IMG/VR virus record: IMGVR_UViG_3300020438_004435
Length of the DNA stretch: 64,000 nt
From: a virus
Strand: one strand, 5' to 3'
Under the pieces are notes generated by a model that saw only the letters and a list, made by a program, of their open reading frames with translations, was not told the DNA's origin and ran no database searches. The position numbers were made by a program, and so were the translations under genes. This document shows positions 27,452-37,293 of the stretch, in pieces. How positions within the stretch are numbered: position 1 is the stretch's first letter; every line of letters begins with the position of its first letter.

Positions 27452-27452
27452 T

Positions 27453-28460
27453 TTATTTAACCTCTTTAATTGTTTGTATTATTCTGTTTGTGATTTTATA
27501 AGGATTAGCATTAGATGAAGGTCTTCTATCTTCCAAATAACCTTTATATTCATTTAATACAGTCCATATAGGTATTCTAATACTAGCTCCTCTATCTCCA
27601 ACTCCATATGAAAATATTTCCATATTTTGTGTTTCATGCTTTCCTGTCAATCTTTCTTTATTATCCGAACCATATACTATCATATGTGCCTGATGCATTA
27701 ATTTTAATTGTTCGCATATACCTTTCATCATTGATTCACCACCAACCTCTCTCATTTTATCATTTGAAAAGTTTACATGCATACCTGAACCATTCCAATC
27801 ACCTTTAATAGGTTTAGGATGATAATTTATTGTTATATTTTCGACTTCAACCAATCTTTGCAATATATATCTACTGATCCATAGATCGTCTGAAGTATTC
27901 TTTGCTCCTTTGCCAAATAATTGATATTCCCATTGACCTAGTAATACCTCTGCATTTGTTCCAGTAATGATAAGTCCAGCTGTAAGGCATGCATTCATAT
28001 GGTCTTCCATAATATCCCTGCCAACAACATTATTATTTCCTATTCCACAATAATAATTTCCTTGTGGTAAAGGATAGCCATCTTCAGGCCAACCTAATAT
28101 CCTACCATTTTTATATAAAACATATTCTTGTTCAAATCCAAACCACCATTCCTCATTATCATCTGATATTTTATTTCTATCATTTGATAAGTGTGGTTCT
28201 CCCTTATCATTTAATACTTCACATAGAACTAAATATCCATCATCTCTAAATGGATCAGGATAAATTCTTTCTGGTTGTAAAATGCAATCAGATTTATTTC
28301 CTAATGCTTGATTAGTAGAACTGCCATCAAATGTCCATGATGGTAAATCATCTACAATTGGAACCGTATCTGGATCCATATTAATTATACGCGTTTTACT
28401 ACGTAAATTAGGTTCTGGTGTATAACCATCTAACCAGATGTATTCAAATTTTAATTTCAT
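27453..28460 (-). CDS. glnII: glutamine synthetase type II
   Basis: FEYIWLDG, LRSKT, WTFDGSST, GFEQEY, GTNAEV..GQWEYQ, WNGSGMH, RLTGKHET, DRGASIRIP, GYLEDRRP. Confidence 0.95.
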   Translation of the reverse strand: MKLKFEYIWLDGYTPEPNLRSKTRIINMDPDTVPIVDDLPSWTFDGSSTNQALGNKSDCILQPERIYPDPFRDDGYLVLCEVLNDKGEPHLSNDRNKISDDNEEWWFGFEQEYVLYKNGRILGWPEDGYPLPQGNYYCGIGNNNVVGRDIMEDHMNACLTAGLIITGTNAEVLLGQWEYQLFGKGAKNTSDDLWISRYILQRLVEVENITINYHPKPIKGDWNGSGMHVNFSNDKMREVGGESMMKGICEQLKLMHQAHMIVYGSDNKERLTGKHETQNMEIFSYGVGDRGASIRIPIWTVLNEYKGYLEDRRPSSNANPYKITNRIIQTIKEVK

Positions 28461-28684
28461 TGTTTTGGAAAGTTTATATGATAATCTATTAAATTTGATA
28501 AGGATACAAGATTTTCCTTTTCTTTTAGAGTAATAATTAAATCATTAATATCCGTTGCTAATCCATCCTCTGTGATAACCGCATCACATCCTTTGGTATA
28601 CCATTCACAAACCTTTTGTATTCCATATGCCTTATACATTTCTATAACCTGATTATTATTAATATACCTTTTATGGAATCCCAA
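28457..28684 (-). CDS. hypothetical protein
   Basis: ORF track. Confidence 0.65.
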   Translation of the reverse strand: MGFHKRYINNNQVIEMYKAYGIQKVCEWYTKGCDAVITEDGLATDINDLIITLKEKENLVSLSNLIDYHINFPKQ

Positions 28685-29242
28685 TTATTTACTCATATTG
28701 AATCCAAGCATAATAGATATCCTTGAACCAGTATTATATTTATATTCTTCACCATTATATCTGTTGCCAGTTAATTTTCTTCCTGGCATAAATACTAGAT
28801 TAACAGGTAGATTAAGATTACCTGATTTGAAATTATAACCTACACCAAATACCATACCAACTCCTGATAATGATAGGTTTGGACCTACTCCAAATTCTAA
28901 TCCTTTATCTGTTCTTGCTCCAATTACAGATGTTGCAGATGGTAAAAATTTACCTTGCTCCATTCCTGCTACTAATACTATCCATTCTACAATACCTACA
29001 ATCTCTCCACCACCATCAGCAAATCTTGATTCCCATTGCCAACCATATTGAGTTGTTATTGCCGATCCTGTACTTCCAAATCCATCTTCTTCATCGAAAT
29101 CAAATCCTTCATGTAAAAAATCTGCTACTGGTCCTGCGCCAATCAAAGTTATTCCAATTCTAGGTCCTGATAATTTTTCAATCTGTGCGTTAGCTGTTAG
29201 TAATCCTAACCCTAATGCTATTGTTAATATAATTCTTTTCAT
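28685..29242 (-). CDS. Bacteroidota-type secreted / beta-barrel-like protein
   Basis: Signal peptide; amphipathic Gly/aromatic strands. Confidence 0.65.
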   Translation of the reverse strand: MKRIILTIALGLGLLTANAQIEKLSGPRIGITLIGAGPVADFLHEGFDFDEEDGFGSTGSAITTQYGWQWESRFADGGGEIVGIVEWIVLVAGMEQGKFLPSATSVIGARTDKGLEFGVGPNLSLSGVGMVFGVGYNFKSGNLNLPVNLVFMPGRKLTGNRYNGEEYKYNTGSRISIMLGFNMSK

Positions 29243-29754
29243 TATTTTACTCTAATAAATTTCTTATTGTTTCTAATATACATCTGACCAATAGTTACAT
29301 TAGTAACCTCTTTTCCTAACATATTATAAATTTTATTATCATAAATATTGGCAAATGATAATTCATTTATTGAAGTCGGTAACATATTAAGTAATACCCA
29401 TGAAAAACTATTCTGATCGAATACTAACCAATCTTCTCTACTACATACTTCAGCTATACCATTTTCATAAAGATAAACATCGTAACCAACCTTTAATGTA
29501 TCATATACTGTAACCTGAGGGAAATAATCATACATACCATCTCCTGAATAACATAAACCATTAGTACATACTGTCCACCATACCTCTATTGAATCTGGAT
29601 TATGAACTATGTTTGATGTATCTAGACCAATATTAAATCCTTGAGCCTGGTCTGTCCAATAAGTTATTGAATCACAACAGAAATATGGTGTTGATTGTTG
29701 TGCTTGTGTTTGTAGTCCTATCAGGACTAATGCTACTAATAAAATTCTTTTCAT
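29242..29754 (-). CDS. secreted protein with short T9SS-like C-terminal tail
   Basis: Signal peptide; ...TSINEL...KIYNMLGKEV....GQMYIRNNKKFIRVK. Confidence 0.65.
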   Translation of the reverse strand: MKRILLVALVLIGLQTQAQQSTPYFCCDSITYWTDQAQGFNIGLDTSNIVHNPDSIEVWWTVCTNGLCYSGDGMYDYFPQVTVYDTLKVGYDVYLYENGIAEVCSREDWLVFDQNSFSWVLLNMLPTSINELSFANIYDNKIYNMLGKEVTNVTIGQMYIRNNKKFIRVK

Positions 29755-29788
29755 TTTCTTTTTCTTTTAATTAATTTAGTTATTATTA

Positions 29789-29819
29789 TAAATATACAAA
29801 AAATTTATCACTAATCCAA
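29789..29819 (-). promoter_or_regulatory. Bacteroidota-type promoter
   Basis: TTG-N20-TATATTTA. Confidence 0.6.
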
Positions 29820-30395
29820 CATAAATGCCTCTGGATTTGTGGTTTTTCCATTTCTTCTTACCTCATAATGTAAATGAGGACCTGTAACAGCTCCTGAGTT
29901 TCCTGCTCTAGCTATAGCCTGACCTTTATAAACCGTATCTCCCTTTTTAACAAAATATTTATGAAGATGAGCGTATTTTGATTCATATCCCCATGCATGT
30001 TCTATAATTATACATCTACCATAACCTCCAATCCATCTTGATCTACTTACTACTCCATTTCCAGTTGCATATACAGTATCGTGCCATGCTGCCATATAAT
30101 CTGTTCCTCCATGCATTTGCCATCCAACATTGAAGGGACTCCTTCTCCAACCATATTCGCTTGATATTTCCAATGAATCTAATGGAGATCCTAATGGAAG
30201 ACTATCCACAATATTTAATAAACTATCATAATGTAAATTAAGTTTGCGTAATTCATTTAATGCAGAATCTATTCTTATTTCAGAATTTTTTATTATACTC
30301 TTTAGATGTCTACGTTGTGTATCTACAGTATAAATAATATGACTCATTGCTATTAGAGCCAGTATACATAATGTTATTTTTCCTTCTTTATTCAT
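29811..30395 (-). CDS. M23 family metallopeptidase (peptidoglycan hydrolase)
   Basis: HGGTDY, YAHL, GPHLHYEV; N-terminal TM. Confidence 0.9.
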   Translation of the reverse strand: MNKEGKITLCILALIAMSHIIYTVDTQRRHLKSIIKNSEIRIDSALNELRKLNLHYDSLLNIVDSLPLGSPLDSLEISSEYGWRRSPFNVGWQMHGGTDYMAAWHDTVYATGNGVVSRSRWIGGYGRCIIIEHAWGYESKYAHLHKYFVKKGDTVYKGQAIARAGNSGAVTGPHLHYEVRRNGKTTNPEAFMLD

Positions 30396-30431
30396 AATAT
30401 ATAATATACAAAAATTAAATCATTTATCCAA

Positions 30432-30923
30432 CTATTTGATCACTACTTTTCCTGATTTAATTTTAACAATTCCTGAACTTATTGATGTAGATAAAGAAAA
30501 GACAATTGATGCCGTATAATGTATAGTAACCTGAAATGCGTCATGATAGAATGTCCCAGATTCTGTAAACATTTTAGTGGTTATTGCATTTGCCTGGGCA
30601 GGTGTCCATGTAAGTCCCCATAATTGTGTTGATGATCCATAAGTAACCGTAGAAATGTCTGAGTAAATCTCTGGTGTGCTATTTGCTGCTAATACCGAGC
30701 TATTACCTGATCCTCCATATGCAACAGTCATCACCTCTGCACCTACATCTACACCACTACTATACCCACCAGTCCATGTTATTACTATTCCGTTTACTAT
30801 TGCTCCTGTAGGAACTGATAAATCATGGTATCCTTCAACAGTAAAATTTGCATTTCTAGTTACAATTCCATCGATTGCTGTAATTTGTACTGGTGAGTCT
30901 CCAAATGATGTTGTAGTTGCCAT
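30432..30923 (-). CDS. putative virion structural protein
   Basis: Ser/Thr/Gly-rich beta protein with YGSSTQLWGLTWTP. Confidence 0.55.
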   Translation of the reverse strand: MATTTSFGDSPVQITAIDGIVTRNANFTVEGYHDLSVPTGAIVNGIVITWTGGYSSGVDVGAEVMTVAYGGSGNSSVLAANSTPEIYSDISTVTYGSSTQLWGLTWTPAQANAITTKMFTESGTFYHDAFQVTIHYTASIVFSLSTSISSGIVKIKSGKVVIK

Positions 30924-30926
30924 ATA

Positions 30927-31502
30927 TTATCCAGCTGGATGCTCACCTGGAGCAATTAAATATATATTAGATCCTATAGTTATCTGCAATGCATTACCTT
31001 TCATTGAAAAAACAATAGATGCACCTGTGTTATTATCTATACCCTTACCCTGATTAGCTGTCATAAAAGTAATTGCATTTGCTTGTGCTGTCGATATAGT
31101 TGTTGTATTACCTGCCTTTGCTTGTGTTGCTCTTGTACCTATTACTAATGGTGTTTTTGCTCTATTAGTTGCTATAGAGGTTGCAGATGATCCTGATAGG
31201 TTTGATTGAGCATCTGCCAGTTTATTTAATCCAACTGAAAGTTCAGTCACCCTTTTATCAAGATAATGAACAGGTTCATGCCAAGGCTCCTCATAATCAC
31301 TTCCAACAGATAAATTATCTAATAAATTCAATGTATCCTTAGTAGAGCCTATTGTTCCACCCTTTATCGATGATGAAACATTTAATATTGATGCACTTCC
31401 TGTTGGAACAACAAATAATCCTTTTGGATTTTTTGGTGTATCTAATCCATCATACCTTTCAAATTCCTTATCAACATATTCTTCATCATATTTTGGTGCC
31501 AT
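30927..31502 (-). CDS. putative tail/fibre-associated protein
   Basis: Context next to fibre-like gene; short coiled coil. Confidence 0.5.
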   Translation of the reverse strand: MAPKYDEEYVDKEFERYDGLDTPKNPKGLFVVPTGSASILNVSSSIKGGTIGSTKDTLNLLDNLSVGSDYEEPWHEPVHYLDKRVTELSVGLNKLADAQSNLSGSSATSIATNRAKTPLVIGTRATQAKAGNTTTISTAQANAITFMTANQGKGIDNNTGASIVFSMKGNALQITIGSNIYLIAPGEHPAG

Positions 31503-31512
31503 AGTATTCTCC

Positions 31513-33546
31513 TTATCCGATTATTCTTTTATATTTTACTGATAGATATATTGCATATGTTGAATCTGAACCATCATCCTCAAATAAATTAGCTCTGAAT
31601 CTAGGATATATCCAATCACCTTTTGCTACCTTATATGGTAATGTTGAATTATCAGCAGCAGATGCTGAAAAATCATACATATTATATTTGAACATACCAG
31701 AATTTGTATTAGCCGGATGTTGTCTAGATAATGCAGAACATATATGATTCAACCTTGTTAATCCCATATTTGCATCGAGTGAACTTGTAGTATTAACAGC
31801 TCCAGCCTGTCCATGCCATAATGAACATGTAAATTGTTGTTCAATTCCAAGTGTAACATTACTATTAGGTTGAGCCATTAAATCAAATCCAATTATACTA
31901 GCACTATATGGAACTCTCCAACCTGTACTGGCTTCAGTACGTAATACATCCACTGTAGCAGTAATATCATCAAAAGCATTACCATAATCATAATTCCAAT
32001 CAGCTCTTGTATGAATACCATAATTATTAGGTCCTTGCCAATTTGTATCATTATCACTATCCACTCTAGCAGATACTTCCCAATGTTCTTCATTAGCTGA
32101 ATAAATATATCCACTTGAACTTATATCACCCGAGGCTGTTACTGCAGAAGTCATTTCAATACCTACTGTACTTCTTAATTTTGTAAATTTAGCAGTGCTA
32201 CCAAATAAGTGAGTATCTGATGCATAATCTATTGCGTTTACACCATCTATTGTATATAATGTAGAGTCAATAGAAGTAACACCTGTTATATTATTTACTG
32301 TTAAATCTCCACTTGCACTTATATTACCTGATGCTGATATTGATGTTAGAACTACATCACCATAATTAGATGGTGCTGAACCGCTACCAATTGTTAAGGT
32401 ATTAAATGATCCACTTGTCATTGATAAATAACTTCCACTTATATTTCCTGATGCTGTAACATGTCCTGTTTTAATAAGTCCGGTTGCTTCTATATTTCCT
32501 GTAACATAAATCGCTTCACCTACATTACTCGCGTAGGATGATCCAAATCCAATATTTCTGTTGAAATAAGATGCTCCAAGTCCCATAAGACTAATTGCAG
32601 TTGCTCCGTTAGACATAATTGTTAAATAACCAAATTGACTTCCACCACCCAATATAAATGATTTATTACTAACCGAATCAGTTTCGTATCCAGTAATTCC
32701 ATAAGTAGGATCCATTGTGAAATGCCCAGATCCTGGTGTCCCAAATATAGCATAACTTGCAGATATATTTGTTGCATTAAGATTACTTGCGCTTACTATA
32801 CTTGCTGAAAGATAATGACTCGTAGAACCGCTTAACCATAAATGACCATTCACTTCCAATCCTACAGTATCTCCTACACCCCTAATCTCTGGAGTTTGAA
32901 TATGGTTACTTGCACTTATTCTTGGAGCCGTTAATAAAGATGCAGATACTGAACCTTCAGTGCTTATTGCAGATGCTGATAATTCTCCATCTACAGTAAG
33001 TATAGCTGCTGTTGTTGCATCGGTTCCTACTGCTACCTTTGAAGAAGCTATATATAATGTATTATCAGTATTTGTATTTACAACAAAGTTTTTAGATGAC
33101 CATCCATCTGGATTAAATGTAAATCCTGTATATAGTGATATTAAATTTACTCCATAACTATAGATATTAAGAGCAGAACCATTATTATATATCCCTCTAG
33201 ATCCGTTCCCAAATTTTATACTACTATTATTATTCGCTAGATGAATAAAACTGGATGTCATTCTAGAAGCACTAATGACTCCGGATGCTGTTATATTTCC
33301 TATAAATGTCTGTGTGTCTGAAGCTTCATCACCAAATATACTTGATCCACTTGTATAAACGACTGATGAGGTCACCCTTGAAGATGATATAGATAAAGCA
33401 TTCAAATTACCAGTTATGGTAACATCATTTCCTGAAATTGTTATTGGTAATGCACTTCCTGTTCCATCAGAAAGTATCCCGTCTTCATATTGGACTACCC
33501 TTTGATATGTATCCGATATATTTTGCCCTTCTAAATTATTTGGCAT
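31513..33546 (-). CDS. tail-fibre-like protein with (I/V)(S/T)AS repeats
   Basis: More than 10 ISAS/ITAS/VSAS motifs, Ser/Gly-rich shaft, distinct C-terminal domain. Confidence 0.65.
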   Translation of the reverse strand: MPNNLEGQNISDTYQRVVQYEDGILSDGTGSALPITISGNDVTITGNLNALSISSSRVTSSVVYTSGSSIFGDEASDTQTFIGNITASGVISASRMTSSFIHLANNNSSIKFGNGSRGIYNNGSALNIYSYGVNLISLYTGFTFNPDGWSSKNFVVNTNTDNTLYIASSKVAVGTDATTAAILTVDGELSASAISTEGSVSASLLTAPRISASNHIQTPEIRGVGDTVGLEVNGHLWLSGSTSHYLSASIVSASNLNATNISASYAIFGTPGSGHFTMDPTYGITGYETDSVSNKSFILGGGSQFGYLTIMSNGATAISLMGLGASYFNRNIGFGSSYASNVGEAIYVTGNIEATGLIKTGHVTASGNISGSYLSMTSGSFNTLTIGSGSAPSNYGDVVLTSISASGNISASGDLTVNNITGVTSIDSTLYTIDGVNAIDYASDTHLFGSTAKFTKLRSTVGIEMTSAVTASGDISSSGYIYSANEEHWEVSARVDSDNDTNWQGPNNYGIHTRADWNYDYGNAFDDITATVDVLRTEASTGWRVPYSASIIGFDLMAQPNSNVTLGIEQQFTCSLWHGQAGAVNTTSSLDANMGLTRLNHICSALSRQHPANTNSGMFKYNMYDFSASAADNSTLPYKVAKGDWIYPRFRANLFEDDGSDSTYAIYLSVKYKRIIG

Positions 33547-33558
33547 ATTTTATAACCT

Positions 33559-34134
33559 TTATTTACGTTTAGATAAAACCTTGATTATTCCATTAATAAT
33601 CTTTTTTTGTTTTGATTCCTTTATTGGATTTTTAGAAATGTAATTAGAAATAATTTTATTTACTAATGATTTCTTTTTAGGTAAATTTCTAACATTTATG
33701 TTTTCCTTTACCATTATTTTCATAATGTTTAGGATATGAACATTTTCCGAAATAGATTTCGCCGAACCTTTGATTCCTGATACTTTCATTATAGGTTTCC
33801 TAGATTCTACTATTTTATTTTTATTTTGTGATTTAACCTCTACTCTAACCTGTTTTGAAGCTTCTACAACAAATTCACTTTCCCAAGGAGTAAAATATGT
33901 ATCATCTGCAATTACTTCTAATTTAAGAGTTCCAGTTACATTTTCACCTAATAATCCACCTAATTTCTTTATAGGAACCTTGCAATCTCCTTGTGATCCA
34001 ATTGTTCCTTTATATAAAAGATTTACATTATCAGATTCGATTATCAATCTAACTATAGAAGAATCTAATGATGCGCCTGATATACCTATATTGCATTCAA
34101 ATATTTCGGTTTTGTCTGTATATAATTTATACAT
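33559..34134 (-). CDS. conserved phage hypothetical protein
   Basis: ORF track. Confidence 0.7.
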   Translation of the reverse strand: MYKLYTDKTEIFECNIGISGASLDSSIVRLIIESDNVNLLYKGTIGSQGDCKVPIKKLGGLLGENVTGTLKLEVIADDTYFTPWESEFVVEASKQVRVEVKSQNKNKIVESRKPIMKVSGIKGSAKSISENVHILNIMKIMVKENINVRNLPKKKSLVNKIISNYISKNPIKESKQKKIINGIIKVLSKRK

Positions 34135-34486
34135 GATTCATCTCCATGGTTACCTTAACTTCCTTGACAATCAATTTAATATCATCAATCTTTGTTTGTA
34201 TTTCCTTTACCTCTTTAGATTCATCATACAACTTAATACCTCTGCGTCGCATAATCAATCTTATTAATCTTTTCTTCTTTTCAGAAGGTAATTCATCAAT
34301 GATTGCAGATATATCTGCTCCTGCTCCACTAATAAATTCTATTAAAACATAATCATCCCAAGATAATCCTAAATCAGCATTTGCTTCAGCTTCTTGTACT
34401 GCTGCTGTAAATGACCAAGGTCTTGTAGCGGTATCCCATTTTAATCTAGTCCGAGTAGCTGTTCCTTTCTCTGCTGGTGTTGGCAT
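34127..34486 (-). CDS. hypothetical protein
   Basis: ORF track; GGAG upstream. Confidence 0.7.
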   Translation of the reverse strand: MPTPAEKGTATRTRLKWDTATRPWSFTAAVQEAEANADLGLSWDDYVLIEFISGAGADISAIIDELPSEKKKRLIRLIMRRRGIKLYDESKEVKEIQTKIDDIKLIVKEVKVTMEMNHV

Positions 34487-34495
34487 ATAAATCTC

Positions 34496-34705
34496 CTAGA
34501 TAAATTCCTGAAGGATTTCTATAATTTCTTGTCGAACCTTTTTTGGTAAACCTTTATGTTTTGTACTAGCAAAATCATCTACATCTTTTTTATTCATACT
34601 ATTAGCAAGTTTTTTAACAGCGGGAGAAGCATTTTTCATCTTCCCCTGCTGATAATTTTTTACTATAGCAAAAAACTTTTGTTGTGCTTGACTTTTTGCT
34701 GGCAT
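34496..34705 (-). CDS. conserved small phage protein (DUF3008-like)
   Basis: MPAKSQAQQKFF...DFASTKHKGLP. Confidence 0.7.
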   Translation of the reverse strand: MPAKSQAQQKFFAIVKNYQQGKMKNASPAVKKLANSMNKKDVDDFASTKHKGLPKKVRQEIIEILQEFI

Positions 34706-34708
34706 ATA

Positions 34709-34891
34709 TTACTTTTTGCTTTCTTCAACAGAAGCTTTTCTATATTCAGTAACCAATTTCTTGATCTCACCTAAAGATTTTCTAGCTCTCTGTGCAGCTG
34801 CTTTATTACCTTTTTCATTAAATTTTCTATGGTTTTCTTGAAATACTTCCCAAAGATTATCTAAATTTGTGTATAAATCTACTGTACTCAT
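34709..34891 (-). CDS. histone H1-like nucleoid protein (Hc1 type, Bacteroidota-like)
   Basis: KGNKAAAQRARKSLGEIKKLVTEYRKASVEESKK. Confidence 0.8.
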   Translation of the reverse strand: MSTVDLYTNLDNLWEVFQENHRKFNEKGNKAAAQRARKSLGEIKKLVTEYRKASVEESKK

Positions 34892-34937
34892 TTTATTTCT
34901 CCTTTATTTAATTAATACTATAACCGATTTTCGGTCC

Positions 34938-35621
34938 TTATTTTTCCATCTGTTTATAATCGCGCAGATAATGTTTTACCATTCCTATATAATCTGCTGC
35001 TTTAGTTAATTTTGATTGAACCCATGCTTCTAATTGTGCTTCATCCTCAACCATATTATAGATATCCTTAGAATATCTATTAATTTTTCTCATCTGAGCT
35101 CTTACCATTCTTCCTTCATAATCCATTTCAGAATCCTTCATCATTGATCCATCTGGCATTTTATGATATCCATCTGTTGGGTCTTCATCCTGTGCTTTAA
35201 TAACTCCAACCTCTGGACCTTTTTGAAATTTATTCATATATTTCATACCAGTTGATATCGCTCCGGATTCCTTTATATATTTTCCTGATGCACCTTTTTT
35301 CTTTACCTGACCACCTCTTCTCATTGCATCCCTATAATTATTCTTTAACTTTTCAGAAAAATTACTAGCTGCTAATTTAGATAATTTAGTAGATGTAGAC
35401 AATCCTTTTAATGAATTTCTAAATATTTGCCATGTTTTACCACCATAATTTTGGTTTTTTGCCTTATGTTTTGGTATCCCTTCATATTCCTTGAGTTCAT
35501 CCTCACTAGTGCCGCCAGGTGATTTTAATTTTTTACCTTTAGTAGTATGAGTATAGCCACAACTTTCTAAAAATTGTATTAATTCCTCATTAACGATTCT
35601 ATGTATGTCTTTCTTTTTCAT
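34938..35621 (-). CDS. putative internal head protein (modular)
   Basis: LxE-separated modules; YHKMPDG and LEAWVQSKLTKAADY motifs. Confidence 0.6.
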   Translation of the reverse strand: MKKKDIHRIVNEELIQFLESCGYTHTTKGKKLKSPGGTSEDELKEYEGIPKHKAKNQNYGGKTWQIFRNSLKGLSTSTKLSKLAASNFSEKLKNNYRDAMRRGGQVKKKGASGKYIKESGAISTGMKYMNKFQKGPEVGVIKAQDEDPTDGYHKMPDGSMMKDSEMDYEGRMVRAQMRKINRYSKDIYNMVEDEAQLEAWVQSKLTKAADYIGMVKHYLRDYKQMEK

Positions 35622-35647
35622 TTAATATAAATAGTAGTAATCACCTT

Positions 35648-36940
35648 TTAACGCTCATTATTATCGATTTTTGTGTTTTTAACATGTTCAACCCTTATTT
35701 TAATCTGTGGCTTGTAATGATCCGGTGTTCTATCATCAATACCAAAGAATTCAGATTTATCCTGATCCATTCTTATAATAAATTCTAAATCATTAAGGTT
35801 CATCATAATTTGGCCTGTAGTAGATAATATATCCGTTTTATTAGGATTCTTTACCATATCTGCATTTCTAAATGGATTGTTTCTCATATTATCAACTGGC
35901 CAGTAACCACTAAGACCATCTAGTATATCATTAGGTTTCTTTGCCTTATTTAATACCTTTTGAGCTATTGCCCACCTTATTTCAGATGATGATTTACTAG
36001 GTCCAGATGTATATCCAGAATCTTTATATGCATATCCATGATTAGTTCTAGCATGATTAAATTTTCTATTTAATTTTTTTAGGATTGGTTGATGTTCTGA
36101 TGTCAATTCTATAGCAAATGAAGCTTTTGGTGTAGCTATAAATGTATGACCTTTTACTCCTACATCTATTTTATCTTCTCCTGTATAATTAACTATTGAT
36201 TCCATTGCAGCAGCAGGACTCTTATAACTTAAAGCCTTACGTATTTTTAATCCATCCTCAGATGGTTTACCTTTTTTCTTTGCAATCTTCTTTTCTTTTT
36301 CATCTGCGTTTACCATAAGAGCTGAATTAACTATTCCTATACCAAAATTATTCATTCCTTCAGACCAATCAGTATCTTTATCTAGAATATAAACTAATTC
36401 CACATCTCCTAGAAGCTCTCTGACTATAGATACTTTAGCCGTATAAGCTCTATCTCTATTTTTAGCTAGTAATACCTTACCATCTAATACGCTATGTGTT
36501 ATAATGCATTCATTTAAGTCTTTTGATTCATTAGTCTTTATATATTTTGTATACCTTTTCCAATTCCTTTCCGCTCTATGTGCAGCTTTTTCATATGGAT
36601 TATTTGCATATCCTTTTTCTCTATATAATTCAAACTTTTTTCGGTCTTGTGTAGCATGAGTATATTCATGAAGTAAGGCTTTAATTATTTCCTCTACATT
36701 AGTCATCCTAGGTGTATACAAATATATTTTATTTTTATCCCAATCATATTCAGCATGTGGATTTGCTTCTCCAGTAGCCTGTTGATCTCCACTAAGTCTA
36801 GCATAGATATTCGTATGAAATTCTACCTTTGGTATGCCTCTTTTGGCACTACCTAAATTTCTTACAATAAAAGGATACACCTTATCTACTGTATCCTGTT
36901 TATTAAATCCTTCATTTAATATGTCTTTTAGTTTTATCAT
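35648..36940 (-). CDS. leader + HExxH metallopeptidase-like domain + Ntn-hydrolase-like domain
   Basis: MIKLKDILNE leader; LLHEYTH; LNE-CIIT...AKNRD...SEGMN..GI.NSAL. Confidence 0.7.
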   Translation of the reverse strand: MIKLKDILNEGFNKQDTVDKVYPFIVRNLGSAKRGIPKVEFHTNIYARLSGDQQATGEANPHAEYDWDKNKIYLYTPRMTNVEEIIKALLHEYTHATQDRKKFELYREKGYANNPYEKAAHRAERNWKRYTKYIKTNESKDLNECIITHSVLDGKVLLAKNRDRAYTAKVSIVRELLGDVELVYILDKDTDWSEGMNNFGIGIVNSALMVNADEKEKKIAKKKGKPSEDGLKIRKALSYKSPAAAMESIVNYTGEDKIDVGVKGHTFIATPKASFAIELTSEHQPILKKLNRKFNHARTNHGYAYKDSGYTSGPSKSSSEIRWAIAQKVLNKAKKPNDILDGLSGYWPVDNMRNNPFRNADMVKNPNKTDILSTTGQIMMNLNDLEFIIRMDQDKSEFFGIDDRTPDHYKPQIKIRVEHVKNTKIDNNER

Positions 36941-37293
36941 TTTTTCCATCTGGTTGTGCTAAACCAATAAGCTAATATAATTCTATTTAGTTTCTTACCA
37001 TTAGCTCCAAACTGGTGTTTATCTAAATAATTGTCTTTGTGCGCAGGCCAGATATCATCCTCTGTTTTAATAAAGTTATTAAGTAATTTCATCTCTCTCC
37101 TCCAATAACTAGTTGATGGATCCTTGATGTCTGCATTATCTTTATGGATATAAGGATTATGGGGAGGATGGGTTGCTGCCCACTTCAAAATCTTTTTACC
37201 TGTCGCAGGATCATATTTAGCTGTTTTGATTATCTTATCTAAGGTACCCCACTTTATATCGCTTTCATTTAATATGTCTATTAGTTTTATCAT
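36911..37293. repeat. 30-bp direct repeat encoding the MIKL(K/I)DILNE leader
   Basis: 36911-36940 and 37264-37293 differ at one base. Confidence 0.8.
36937..37293 (-). CDS. LxE-leader protein, unknown function
   Basis: MIKLIDILNE. Confidence 0.7.
   Translation of the reverse strand: MIKLIDILNESDIKWGTLDKIIKTAKYDPATGKKILKWAATHPPHNPYIHKDNADIKDPSTSYWRREMKLLNNFIKTEDDIWPAHKDNYLDKHQFGANGKKLNRIILAYWFSTTRWKK

Noticed and set aside
7492-32114. Nested minus-strand ORFs 7492..7749, 24248..24463 and 31893..32114
   Set aside because: Out-of-frame inside well-supported genes
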